From an uncultured Thermotogae bacterium (GTDB lineage: Bacteria; Bipolaricaulota; Bipolaricaulia; RBG-16-55-9), in contig CAZMNF010000005.1 in NCBI GenBank assembly GCA_964567595.1, forward strand, positions 305 to 64,304: a DNA stretch of 64,000 bases, given 5' to 3'. Positions within the stretch are counted from its first letter, which is position 1. Every line of letters begins with the position of its first letter. The notes beneath the pieces were generated by a model. The model saw only the letters and a program-made list of their open reading frames with translations. It did no database searches and was not told the DNA's origin. Of the stretch, positions 53,726 through 62,642 are shown one piece after another. A program made the position numbers and the translations under genes.

Positions 53726-54460
53726 TCATCGTCCAATGACCACCTCGCCCGGAATCCTCAAGTCGAGGGTGCGCCAGCCTCGCTTATCCGCCGCGCGAAG
53801 CGTTTCGACGACGCGCTCCAACCGCGCAACCTGCTCCGACAATTCCCTCGGCGGCAGCAGAGCACGCCGCCCGTCCCGGGTGCGCAGTATCCAGTCGTAG
53901 CCCCGGACCCGCAGCGAGACGTACTGGCGCAGTCTCTCGCCGCCGAGCGCGTACAACGAACGGAGCGCGCGGAGAGCGGCTTCCGACTTCAGTTGAGGAC
54001 CTTGGGGAGAGGACGTCGTCTCGACACTCGCAACAATGGGCAGCGACGGCGGCGGCCGATCTGCGCGTTCCAATAGAACGCCATCGCGGTCGGCCCAGTG
54101 GCGTTGGCCATTGGCAAGCTCAACGATCCCATGCGGGCGCCGCTCCGTTACTTCAATCCGGACGACCACATGGTCCGACGAGGCACGTTCGGACGTGGCA
54201 TCGACGTGAGCTTGACGGACTTTCGGGAGCTGTTCGAGTGCGTCAAGGGCACGGGCTTCGGCCTGAGGCGTCCATGACGCCCCAACCTCTAGACCGCTTT
54301 CGCCTCGGATCGTCCCTGGATCCAAGTGCTCCACGCCGGTGACGTTCACACGCGTCACTGTGGGCGGGGCCGTCGGTCGAGGCACCAAGTGCCAGGCGAC
54401 GAGGCCTAACCCGCCGAGAGCCACCGCCAGGAGAATCCCCCCTCTCACCAGAGGCCTCAA
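53726..54460 (-). CDS. ftsQ: Cell division protein FtsQ (POTRA domain)
   Basis: N-terminal TM helix GILLAVALGGLGLVAW, then the POTRA-like VTRVNVTGVEHLDPGTIRGESGL. Position is between murB and ftsA. Confidence 0.75.
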   Translation of the reverse strand: MRPLVRGGILLAVALGGLGLVAWHLVPRPTAPPTVTRVNVTGVEHLDPGTIRGESGLEVGASWTPQAEARALDALEQLPKVRQAHVDATSERASSDHVVVRIEVTERRPHGIVELANGQRHWADRDGVLLERADRPPPSLPIVASVETTSSPQGPQLKSEAALRALRSLYALGGERLRQYVSLRVRGYDWILRTRDGRRALLPPRELSEQVARLERVVETLRAADKRGWRTLDLRIPGEVVIGR

Positions 54461-55347
54461 GTGGGGACGACGACGAGTTCGAGTCGCAGTTCCACCCCAA
54501 ACACTTTGTACACCCTCTCTATGGCGATGTCAATCAGATTTTGCAGATCAGCAGCGGTGGCTCGCCGTTCGTTAACCATAAAGTTGGCATGAACTGGGGA
54601 GATTCTCGCGCCGCCCCGACGTAGGCCCTTCAGGCCAGCCCGTTCGAGCATCTGGCCGGCGCTGAGGCCTCCTGGGGGGTTGGCGAACACGCAGCCCGGG
54701 CTCGGCTGTCGCAGGGGTTGGACCGACCGTCGATGGGCCATCAACGCCTGCGGGTCGACGCGTTGAGGCTCCCCAATGCGGAATTGGCCTTCCAGAATCA
54801 CGTACTCGTTCCGCCGAAACAGGCTGTCGCGATAGCCGAACGCGCATTCGTCAGGCGTCAGCGTCGCCAGTTGGCCATCCGGTCGCAGGGCGGTCACCCG
54901 TTCGAGCCTGTCCGAGATCGTCGCGTCGCGGCCGCCGGCGTTCATCGTCAGCGCTCCGCCGATGGATCCCGGGATGCCGATCAGGCCATCAAAGTCGTAA
55001 TAGCCGTGGGCACGGAGGTGTCCCATCGTGGCGCCGAGGCCAGCTCCCGCCTGGACGGTCAACCGATCGGTCTCGATCCGGGTCCGACCGAACGCGCGAC
55101 CGAGATGGATGACCAATCCCGGGAAGCCGGAATCGGGAACCAGCACGTTCGTGCCGTTGCCAAGCACCATCCAAGGCAGCGCGTGGTCCTCCGCGTAATG
55201 CACCAAGTCGGCCACTTGATCAACGTCGGTGGGTTGGGCAAACAGCCGGGCCGGTCCCCCGATGCCGAGCGACGTCAACGGCGCCAGGGGCACGTTCGAT
55301 TGAACGACGGTCTCAATCGAGCTCGGTGGGGCAGCCAGCGTCGTCAT
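54457..55347 (-). CDS. murB: UDP-N-acetylenolpyruvoylglucosamine reductase
   Basis: ATG 55347 (MTTLAAPP...PLAPLTSLGIGGPARLF) overlaps the murC stop as ATGA. GNGTNVLV, the FAD-binding fold and the GCVFANP motif. The track's 112-codon N-terminal extension is rejected. Confidence 0.9.
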   Translation of the reverse strand: MTTLAAPPSSIETVVQSNVPLAPLTSLGIGGPARLFAQPTDVDQVADLVHYAEDHALPWMVLGNGTNVLVPDSGFPGLVIHLGRAFGRTRIETDRLTVQAGAGLGATMGHLRAHGYYDFDGLIGIPGSIGGALTMNAGGRDATISDRLERVTALRPDGQLATLTPDECAFGYRDSLFRRNEYVILEGQFRIGEPQRVDPQALMAHRRSVQPLRQPSPGCVFANPPGGLSAGQMLERAGLKGLRRGGARISPVHANFMVNERRATAADLQNLIDIAIERVYKVFGVELRLELVVVPT

Positions 55348-56720
55348 CGCGCCCTCCCTTCCCGGGCGACCTGGTGGAGCACGTCGCCGATATCGCCGGG
55401 CCCGAACCCGATGATGAAGTCGCCCGGCTCGGAGCGACGGCGCAGGAAGCCATACACGTCGTCGAGCGTGGGCAGGTAGTGGACCTCGGGATGCTCGCGA
55501 CGGATCGTCTCCACGATGCGCTGCGAGCTGACGCCGGGAATGGGCGACTCGTACGCCGGATAGATATCCGAGACGATGACCTTGTCGGCGCCACGGAACG
55601 CCCGCGCGAAGTGTCTGTGCAGATAGCTCATGCGCGAGTAGCGATGGGGTTGGAACACGGCGATGACTCGCCGCGGCTGCCAACCGCGGCGGACGGCGTC
55701 CAGATTGACGTCTATCTGCGTCGGAAGATGGGCGTAGTCGTCGACGACGACTCGCCCGTTTTCTTCCAACACCTGGAAGCGACGTTCGGGCAACTGGAAC
55801 GTGGCCAGCGTCTCGATCATGGTCGTGAAATCCAAGCCGGAGAGATGGCCCGCCAACAGCGCCGCCAACGCGTTGGCGACGTTATGGCGACCGGGAGCGG
55901 GCAGCGCCAACTGGCCGACCTTTTCGCCTTGGAACCAGATGTCCGCGGTGGTCGCCCGCCGGCGTTGGCGAACGTGTCGCGCCTCAAGATCGGCGGCGTG
56001 ATTCAGCCCGAACGTCCAGGCCTCTGAGCTAGCTGCCTTGAGCAGCTCCGTGTGCGGATCGTCCGCCGACAGAATCGCCTTCTGGCTCTGGCCCACGAAC
56101 TCGCGGAATGCGGAGACCAGGCACGCCTCACTGCCGTAGGTGTTGAGATGGTCCCGACCCACGTTGCAGACGATGCCGATCTCCGAGGCGAACTGACGGA
56201 AGCGCCCGTCGCTTTCGTCGATCTCCGCGACGAGCCAGGGACTGGCCCCTAAGCGCGCGTGCCCGCCCAACGAGGGCGAGGGGGCTCCCACCAGATAGGA
56301 CGGATCACGCCCCGTCGCCTTAAGCAGCGCAGCCGTCATGGCGCTCGTCGTCGTCTTGCCGTGGGTTCCGGCGATCGCCAGCGTTCGGTGACTGGCGATG
56401 AGCTGGCCGAGAACTTCTTGACGGTGATAGACGGGCAACGACTGGCGGGTCGCCGCCTTCAGCTCCAGATTGTTCGTCTGGATCGCTGAGGAATAGACGA
56501 CCGAGCGGTCGCCCCCCAGTCGGGTGTCGTCGTGGCCGAGATGGATCGGCACGCCGGCAGCTTGGAGCGCGCGGGTGTGAGCGTTATCGCGAAGATCCGA
56601 TCCGCTCACCGAGTGCCCGCGCTCGTGAAGCAACCAAGCCAAGGCGCTCATGCCATCTCCGCCGATGCCGATAAAGTGGTAGGACTCGCGCAGGGGCATC
56701 ATGGCGTAGATACCGGTCAA
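55344..56720 (-). CDS. murC: UDP-N-acetylmuramate--L-alanine ligase
   Basis: HFIGIGGDGMSALAWLL and the GTHGKTTTSAM P-loop. The start could be Met7/8 (56702/56699). Confidence 0.92.
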   Translation of the reverse strand: MTGIYAMMPLRESYHFIGIGGDGMSALAWLLHERGHSVSGSDLRDNAHTRALQAAGVPIHLGHDDTRLGGDRSVVYSSAIQTNNLELKAATRQSLPVYHRQEVLGQLIASHRTLAIAGTHGKTTTSAMTAALLKATGRDPSYLVGAPSPSLGGHARLGASPWLVAEIDESDGRFRQFASEIGIVCNVGRDHLNTYGSEACLVSAFREFVGQSQKAILSADDPHTELLKAASSEAWTFGLNHAADLEARHVRQRRRATTADIWFQGEKVGQLALPAPGRHNVANALAALLAGHLSGLDFTTMIETLATFQLPERRFQVLEENGRVVVDDYAHLPTQIDVNLDAVRRGWQPRRVIAVFQPHRYSRMSYLHRHFARAFRGADKVIVSDIYPAYESPIPGVSSQRIVETIRREHPEVHYLPTLDDVYGFLRRRSEPGDFIIGFGPGDIGDVLHQVAREGRAR

Positions 56721-57792
56721 CCTCCCTCATCAGGTGATCATGGGCCTCCGTGTGGGCCAAGCGGTTGCAGGCCGCTCGCAGCGCAGCGCGATCGGCCGCG
56801 CCGTCGAGCAGCGCGATCGTCTCGTCGAGCAATCTCGTCTCGTCCAGATTCCGCTCGCTCAGCCAGCGGCACGCGCCGCGCTCGGCAAACCAGCGGGCAT
56901 TGGCGGTCTGATGGTCATCGGCTGCGTCGGGCCAGGGCACGGCAATCGTCGGGACAGCAAGCGCGACCAGCTCGCTCAGCGTGGACCCGCCCGCTCGTGA
57001 GATCGCCACGTCCGCCGCGCGCATCCACAAGCCGATGTTGGCCGTGTGACGGATCACGGTACAGTCGGCATCGCGAGCGCTGTGCTGGAGCCGGGTGGCG
57101 TCTCGCCCGGCGACGATCGCGAGCTGGGCATGTCGAGTTTGCAGCTCAGGCCATCCCCGCAGCAGTGCGTCATTGACGGCACGCGCGCCGTTGGAACCTC
57201 CCATGGCAAGAACGAGCGGCCGTTCCGGGTCGATCCCCAGTGCGGCTTTGGCATCCTGCGGGGAGCGGTGGCGCAACTGGCGGATGCCGTCGCGCAGCGG
57301 CACGCCCACGACCGACGGCGCCGGGGCATCCAACCAATGGGCCGTGTCGGGGAAGCTCAGAAAGACACGGTCGACTCGCGGGGCCAGCAGCCGCGTCACG
57401 AGGCCGGGACGAACGTTCTGTTCGTGAATGAGCGTCGGTATGCCCAACAGCGATGCCCCCAATACGGGGGCGAACGCCGCGTATCCGCCCGTGCCAACGA
57501 CGACCTCCGGACGCAGTCGACGCAGAATCGCTAACGCTTGCGCGAACCCGAGCGCGTTCACGCTGAGGGCTCGCAAGGCTGCCCCGGAAAACTCTCGCAG
57601 GACGCCGCGCGCCTGAATGAGATGACGCTGAACGTCGGGTCGATCGGCGAGGACACGAGCTTCCAGCCCGCGCGCGGTGCCGACGTGGCCGACGGTCAAG
57701 GCGTCACCGTAGCGTCGATGGAGCGTCTCGATAAGGGCCAGCGCGGGATAGAGGTGCCCTCCGGTCCCGCCGCCGGCGACCAAGACGGTCAT
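56584..57792 (-). CDS. murG: UDP-N-acetylglucosamine--N-acetylmuramyl-(pentapeptide) pyrophosphoryl-undecaprenol GlcNAc transferase
   Basis: MTVLVAGGGTGGHLYPALAL and the GT28 fold. The reading frame continues about 40 codons past the usual MurG end, into murC. Confidence 0.9.
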   Translation of the reverse strand: MTVLVAGGGTGGHLYPALALIETLHRRYGDALTVGHVGTARGLEARVLADRPDVQRHLIQARGVLREFSGAALRALSVNALGFAQALAILRRLRPEVVVGTGGYAAFAPVLGASLLGIPTLIHEQNVRPGLVTRLLAPRVDRVFLSFPDTAHWLDAPAPSVVGVPLRDGIRQLRHRSPQDAKAALGIDPERPLVLAMGGSNGARAVNDALLRGWPELQTRHAQLAIVAGRDATRLQHSARDADCTVIRHTANIGLWMRAADVAISRAGGSTLSELVALAVPTIAVPWPDAADDHQTANARWFAERGACRWLSERNLDETRLLDETIALLDGAADRAALRAACNRLAHTEAHDHLMREVDRYLRHDAPARVLPLYRHRRRWHERLGLVASRARALGERIGSSR

Positions 57793-58948
57793 CGGAAACT
57801 CCTTCCTCGGTCCTCGTTTGTCGAGCGATGCTGAGCAGGATGCCGACCATGGCCATGGAGACGATCAACGAGGATCCGCCGTAGCTCACAAACGGCAACG
57901 TCAAGCCCGTCACGGGAAGCGCGCCGACGGCGACGCCCACGTTGACCGCCGCCTGGAGCCCGATCGCGAACGTCAACCCCGAAGCCAAGAGAAACCCGTA
58001 AACGTCGGGTGCGCGGAGGGCAATGCGGACGCCGCAGCCCACGACGACCCCGATCAGGCCGATGATGACGAGCATGCCGAGAAACCCCAGTTCCTCGCCG
58101 ACAATCGCGACAATGAAGTCGTTGTAGGCCTCGGGGAGATAGAACCACTTTTCGCGGCTTGCGCCGAGGCCTCGTCCCGTCAGGCCGCCCGAGCCGAGCG
58201 CGATGAACGATTGCAGAAGGTGATAGCCCTCGTCCTGCGGACTCGCCAGCGGATTGACGAACGTCAGCAGCCGCTCGCGGCGGTACGGGGCCGACCAGAG
58301 CAGCGCGAAGATGACCGGCAGAGCCGCCAGGACCGGCCCCATCAGATGGCGCAAGCGGGCCCCGGCCATCCAGAGCATGAACCCGGCGATGGCCCCGTAG
58401 AGGACCACCAGGGCAAAATCCGGCTGCAGTAGGGCAACGAGCGCAAACGGGGCCGCAAGCGCGATGGTCGGCAACACGCCCGTGGTGAGGGACTGCAGGT
58501 CGCCGTTGTCGCGCTTGCGGACCAGCACGGCGGCCAGGGCCACAATGAGCGCCAACTTGGCCAACTCAGTGGGTTGGAACGAGGCCGGGCCAAGGCGCAG
58601 CCACAGGCCGTTCGGGGCCAGCTCCGGAACGAGCGTCAACACGGACAAGCCGAGCGCTCCCAATAACAGTCCGGCGTCGTAGCGCATCCAGCGCCGGTAG
58701 TCGAGGCGCATCAGGACGCTGATGGCCCCCAGCCCGACGACGGCCGCCACGGCTTGTTTCAGGAAAAGATAGCCGGGTTGGCGGTAGACGGTCTCGGAGA
58801 TGGGGATGCTCGCGGACGCCACCATCAGGAGGCCGAGCAGAACCAGGGCAGTTGTGGCGACCCAGAGCGTGGCCTCGGTGGAGGCCAGCGGATGCCCGGC
58901 GCGGTCCAGCGCGGGCGAGCCCGGTACGGTCCCAGAAATGCCCCTCAT
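57704..58948 (-). CDS. ftsW: SEDS-family peptidoglycan glycosyltransferase FtsW
   Basis: Ten hydrophobic helices. QPTELAKL, NDFIVAIVGEELGFLG and GLTLPFVSYGGSS motifs. dcw context. Confidence 0.9.
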   Translation of the reverse strand: MRGISGTVPGSPALDRAGHPLASTEATLWVATTALVLLGLLMVASASIPISETVYRQPGYLFLKQAVAAVVGLGAISVLMRLDYRRWMRYDAGLLLGALGLSVLTLVPELAPNGLWLRLGPASFQPTELAKLALIVALAAVLVRKRDNGDLQSLTTGVLPTIALAAPFALVALLQPDFALVVLYGAIAGFMLWMAGARLRHLMGPVLAALPVIFALLWSAPYRRERLLTFVNPLASPQDEGYHLLQSFIALGSGGLTGRGLGASREKWFYLPEAYNDFIVAIVGEELGFLGMLVIIGLIGVVVGCGVRIALRAPDVYGFLLASGLTFAIGLQAAVNVGVAVGALPVTGLTLPFVSYGGSSLIVSMAMVGILLSIARQTRTEEGVSDDRLGRRRRDRRAPLSRAGPYRDAPSTLR

Positions 58949-59017
58949 ACGTCACCCCCGAATGGTGGAATCGGCCAACGAACGGACACGATCTCTTATA
59001 GGGTTTTAGCGAACGTC

Positions 59018-60346
59018 TCAGAAGGACCGACGCTCAAGCATCGGGCCCGCTTGATCACCCCAGGCGGTGACCTGTGTCTGGGCATGCGTTGCCACGGCCG
59101 CCTTGAAGGCGTCGCCGCGCTCGACGTAGCTCGAGAACTGATCAAAGCTGGCCGCGCCCGGGGAGAAGAGACAGACATCGGGACGGTATCGGCCGACGCT
59201 GCGCATCAATTGATCGAACGAGGCAATCGGCCGAATGTGGCGGCACCCGGCCGCGCGGAGCGGCCGCATCCACCGCTCTCGAGCGTTGCCCATGAGATAG
59301 ACGACCTCGGGTCGTCGCCGCGCGATCTCGTCGGTCAGCTCTTGGAGATCCTCGCCTTGGGATCGACCGCCGAGCACCAGGGCCACGGACTCGCCGGGAA
59401 ACGCCCGCAGCGCTGCTGCAGTTGCGGTGGGCGTGGTCGACTTGGCGTCGTTGACAAACCGCGTCCCCGCCAACGTGGCGACCGGTTCGAGGCGATGCGG
59501 AAGCTCGATCGTCGGGCCGAGCGCGCTCCCATGGAGCGAAACGTGCGGATCCAGCCGACGGGCGGCCGCCATGGCCGCTGCCAAGTTCTCGCGCTGATGG
59601 AACGGCCAACGGATCCCACTCACATCATCGGCGGCAAACCGCTGGCAGGCCGCTCGAAGGCGCGGAAGCGGCGGCGCTTCGTGGTGAACGATCGCCGCGT
59701 CGCTGTCGCGCTGGTGGCGGAACAGTTGCGCTTTGGCTTGGAAGTAGCGCTCGGTGGTGCCGTGACGATCCAAATGATGGGGCGAGAACCGCGTGAGGAC
59801 GCCGACGCGCGGGCGAAAGGTGTCGACATGCTCCAGCTGGAAGCTGCTGACTTCGAGCACCACAACCGTATGTGAGTCGATGCTCTCCAGCGCTTCGATG
59901 AAGGGCGTGCCGATGTTGCCGGCCGTGACCACGGAGTGGCCATGTTGGCCCAGCAAGTTGGCGATCAAGTGCGTCGTCGTCGTCTTGCCGACGGTGCCGG
60001 TGACGGCGATGATCCGGTCGCTGGGGCATTTGCGGTAGGCCAGTTCCAACTCGCCGATCACGGGCATGCCGCAGGCTCGGGCTCGTTGGAGAATGGGGGC
60101 CCCTGTCGGAATCCCCGGCGACGGCACGACGGCATCCACCGACAGGACGCGCTCGGAATGGCCGCATTCTTCCCAGGGCACGCCCAATCGTGCCAGGTCG
60201 GCCTTGGCGTCATTCGGAATCGGTTGAGCGTCGCTGAGCAGGACGTCGGCGCCGCGCGCGGTCAGATATCGCACCGTCGCCAGTCCCGTCCGACCGGCTC
60301 CCAACACGGCCACGCGCTGTCGGCCAATCGGCTCTGCCTGGGTCAT
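59018..60346 (-). CDS. murD: UDP-N-acetylmuramoylalanine--D-glutamate ligase
   Basis: VAVLGAGRTGLA Rossmann N-domain and the VTGTVGKTTTTHL P-loop. GAGGGGGG SD upstream. Confidence 0.9.
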   Translation of the reverse strand: MTQAEPIGRQRVAVLGAGRTGLATVRYLTARGADVLLSDAQPIPNDAKADLARLGVPWEECGHSERVLSVDAVVPSPGIPTGAPILQRARACGMPVIGELELAYRKCPSDRIIAVTGTVGKTTTTHLIANLLGQHGHSVVTAGNIGTPFIEALESIDSHTVVVLEVSSFQLEHVDTFRPRVGVLTRFSPHHLDRHGTTERYFQAKAQLFRHQRDSDAAIVHHEAPPLPRLRAACQRFAADDVSGIRWPFHQRENLAAAMAAARRLDPHVSLHGSALGPTIELPHRLEPVATLAGTRFVNDAKSTTPTATAAALRAFPGESVALVLGGRSQGEDLQELTDEIARRRPEVVYLMGNARERWMRPLRAAGCRHIRPIASFDQLMRSVGRYRPDVCLFSPGAASFDQFSSYVERGDAFKAAVATHAQTQVTAWGDQAGPMLERRSF

Positions 60347-60537
60347 CCCATCCCCCCTCGTTGTGCGTCACATCGTAGGGAGAGGGGTCGATCGACCGAA
60401 GCGCAGACGTGGCGCGTGGAATGGACGCTCAGAACAGCTCCGGGAGACGCAGGCGGTCCACCAAGTGGACAGACGACCTTCCGTTTTGCGCTGTCGCGCT
60501 TATGGGCTTTGCTGGATACGAATAGAGCGGACGATCA

Positions 60538-61026
60538 TCAGGTTTCGTTGGCCGATGCGTCCTCGTCTTCGGGGGTCTCTGCCATAAGCGAGATGGTCGC
60601 CTCGGCCACCGACTCGCCGTCGACACGTGCTTGCGCGTCAAAGCGGAACATCGCTCGTCGGGCGCGCAGGAGGTTCACCTCGTAGATGACCTGATCGCCG
60701 GGCCCGACTTGATGACGGAAACGGGCGTTGTCGGCCCCGACGAGATAGCCGAGGGCTTGGTCGTGACCCGTCAACGGCGCGATGAGGAGGCCGGAGGTCT
60801 GGGCCATCCCTTCGACGAGCAGCGTCCCCGGCAGCACGGGACGTCCGGGAAAATGGCCCTGGAGCATCCATTCGTTCTGGCTGACGTTCTTGAGAGCCAC
60901 CGCCCGATCGTCCGTGCGCTCCAGCACCCGATCGATCATCAGGTAGGGGAACCGCAGCGGCAGCAGATCCAAGACGGAGGACTCGCTCGCGCCGGGCTCA
61001 CTGTTCGTCGGCGTCGGATTCGTCAT
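60538..61026 (-). CDS. fabZ: 3-hydroxyacyl-ACP dehydratase
   Basis: ATG 61026 chosen. LPLRFPYLMIDRV and the HFPGRPVLPGTLLVEGMAQ hotdog active-site motif. Confidence 0.9.
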   Translation of the reverse strand: MTNPTPTNSEPGASESSVLDLLPLRFPYLMIDRVLERTDDRAVALKNVSQNEWMLQGHFPGRPVLPGTLLVEGMAQTSGLLIAPLTGHDQALGYLVGADNARFRHQVGPGDQVIYEVNLLRARRAMFRFDAQARVDGESVAEATISLMAETPEDEDASANET

Positions 61027-61837
61027 CCCCAGAACCGCTCCCGTCGTTTCCGTCAGCGGCGCCCTCGCCCTCGTCAGAGGTGCCGTCGGATGACTCGCCC
61101 TGCTCGTTCTGTTGCTCACGCAGCCGCTGCTTGAGCTGTTCCACAACCGCGGTGGTGATGTCGTCCACTTGGGCCGATTGGGAGTAGAGCACGATCGCGT
61201 CGTACTGGCTTGCCGGGTTGTCGATCACGAGGTCGTAGCCTTGATCTTCGCCGATTTGGCGGATGACTTCGACCATGTTCTGTTGAATGGGCGCGGACAA
61301 CTGGAGGTTGAGCTGCTGAAGCTGGGAATCAAGCTCGCTCAGTCGCTGGTCGCGTTCGCTGGCCGTGATCTCGCCCGCCTCGAATCGTTGGCGGACCTCC
61401 TCCTTCTGCTGCTCGATGCGTTGCTGCTCCTCGCGATATTCTTGCAAGGGTTCAGCAACGATGGGGCTATCCTGCAAGTCTTGGAGGACTTGGAACATGT
61501 CCACGTAGGCGAACCTGAAGGCATCGTTCGGGGCGTTTGCCTCGGACGTGTCCGAGCTGGGGCCGCCGGCTTGGGCCTCAACGTTGGCCATCCGATCGCG
61601 CAACTCCCCAACGCTCGCAGACAGGTCGTCCAACTGGGACGCCATTTGTCCGGTCCGTTCGCTCAGCTCGTTCACGCGGTTGGGCGAAGCCGTCTGCCCT
61701 TGCTGTTGGCTCAACTCGGCGACCTGGTCCTCCAGCATGCTGAGTCGCTGCTGCATTCCCTGCCAAGCGACAACGCCGAGGGCCAGGCCGACCACGAGCA
61801 CAACCCCAATCGTGGCCGTCCATATCCCGCTTCTCAT
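60998..61837 (-). CDS. OmpH/Skp-like periplasmic chaperone with N-terminal anchor, coiled coil and acidic tail (paralog 1)
   Basis: TM helix ATIGVVLVVGLALGVVAW, then a heptad-rich segment. The OmpH-like core starts at FAYVDMFQVLQD. Position is between bamA and fabZ. Confidence 0.7.
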   Translation of the reverse strand: MRSGIWTATIGVVLVVGLALGVVAWQGMQQRLSMLEDQVAELSQQQGQTASPNRVNELSERTGQMASQLDDLSASVGELRDRMANVEAQAGGPSSDTSEANAPNDAFRFAYVDMFQVLQDLQDSPIVAEPLQEYREEQQRIEQQKEEVRQRFEAGEITASERDQRLSELDSQLQQLNLQLSAPIQQNMVEVIRQIGEDQGYDLVIDNPASQYDAIVLYSQSAQVDDITTAVVEQLKQRLREQQNEQGESSDGTSDEGEGAADGNDGSGSGDDESDADEQ

Positions 61838-61864
61838 GCTCTCACCACCGCTCCTGTCACGCCC

Positions 61865-62623
61865 TTATTGGTTCCCGCTGCCGTCGTTGCTGCTCGAGGC
61901 GGCTTGCAGACGATCCCAAACAGATGGGGTGATGTTGTCCATGAGGCCCTCTTGGCGATAGATGATCGTGTCTTGGACGTTGAAGACGGCCGTGTAGCCG
62001 CGCTCTTGTGCTAGCGCCCGAACGGCAGCCTGAATCGGTTCGGCCACCACGTTCAGGGTCACTTCTTGGAGCTGTTGTTGTAACTGGGTCGCTTGGAGTT
62101 GGGCTTCCGATTGGGACAACTCGCCGCTTTGCACCTGCTGTTGCAGCGACTGCATCTCGCCCTGGAGGCGCTGGACTTCCTCCTGCAGCCGCTGCTTGAC
62201 CTCGGGGTTCTCCTCCTGATAGCGCGTGGCCAGCTCGTCAACCCGGACCACGGCGACATTCGCCCAGGGGGAAGCCCCGTCGCTGGTGGATGCCGTCGTG
62301 TCCCCCGTGGAGGCGTCCGAGTCGATCGTCTGGATTCGGGTCTCAAGCTCGGAGATCCGATCGGCGAGCGCCTGGCTATCGCCGCTCTGGATTTCCTGGA
62401 TCCGTTGCTCCAACTCGTCCATGCGCTCTTGGAGCGTCGTGACCTCCTCTTGGCCGGCAAATTCGCCTTCCAGGTCCCCGATGCGGTCGTCGAGGATGCT
62501 GATCTGCTCTTGGAGATCCTCCGTGTTCTGAGCGCCCGATCCGCCAAGCACTTGGGCCCCGATCACCAATCCGATGGCCAAGGCGATGACGCCGACAATT
62601 GCGATTGTGACGGTCTGCTTCAT
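61865..62623 (-). CDS. OmpH/Skp-like periplasmic chaperone with N-terminal anchor and coiled coil (paralog 2)
   Basis: ATG 62623 (MKQTVTIAIVGVIALAIGLVIGA) follows a GAGGAGG SD. Coiled coil, then an OmpH-like core starting at VAVVRVDELATRYQE. Confidence 0.7.
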   Translation of the reverse strand: MKQTVTIAIVGVIALAIGLVIGAQVLGGSGAQNTEDLQEQISILDDRIGDLEGEFAGQEEVTTLQERMDELEQRIQEIQSGDSQALADRISELETRIQTIDSDASTGDTTASTSDGASPWANVAVVRVDELATRYQEENPEVKQRLQEEVQRLQGEMQSLQQQVQSGELSQSEAQLQATQLQQQLQEVTLNVVAEPIQAAVRALAQERGYTAVFNVQDTIIYRQEGLMDNITPSVWDRLQAASSSNDGSGNQ

Positions 62624-62642
62624 GACTTGAACGCCTCCTCGT

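Noticed and set aside
54457-55683. N-terminally extended ORF-track models (murB 408 aa; also sigma factor from 31930, nadM from 20323, DUF445 from 35012, ClC from 29918, fabZ from 61146, skp2 from 62734)
   Set aside because: The extensions are Arg/Pro/Ser-rich, overlap upstream genes or promoters, and often begin at TTG or GTG. Internal starts with an SD or ATGA coupling give proteins of canonical length.
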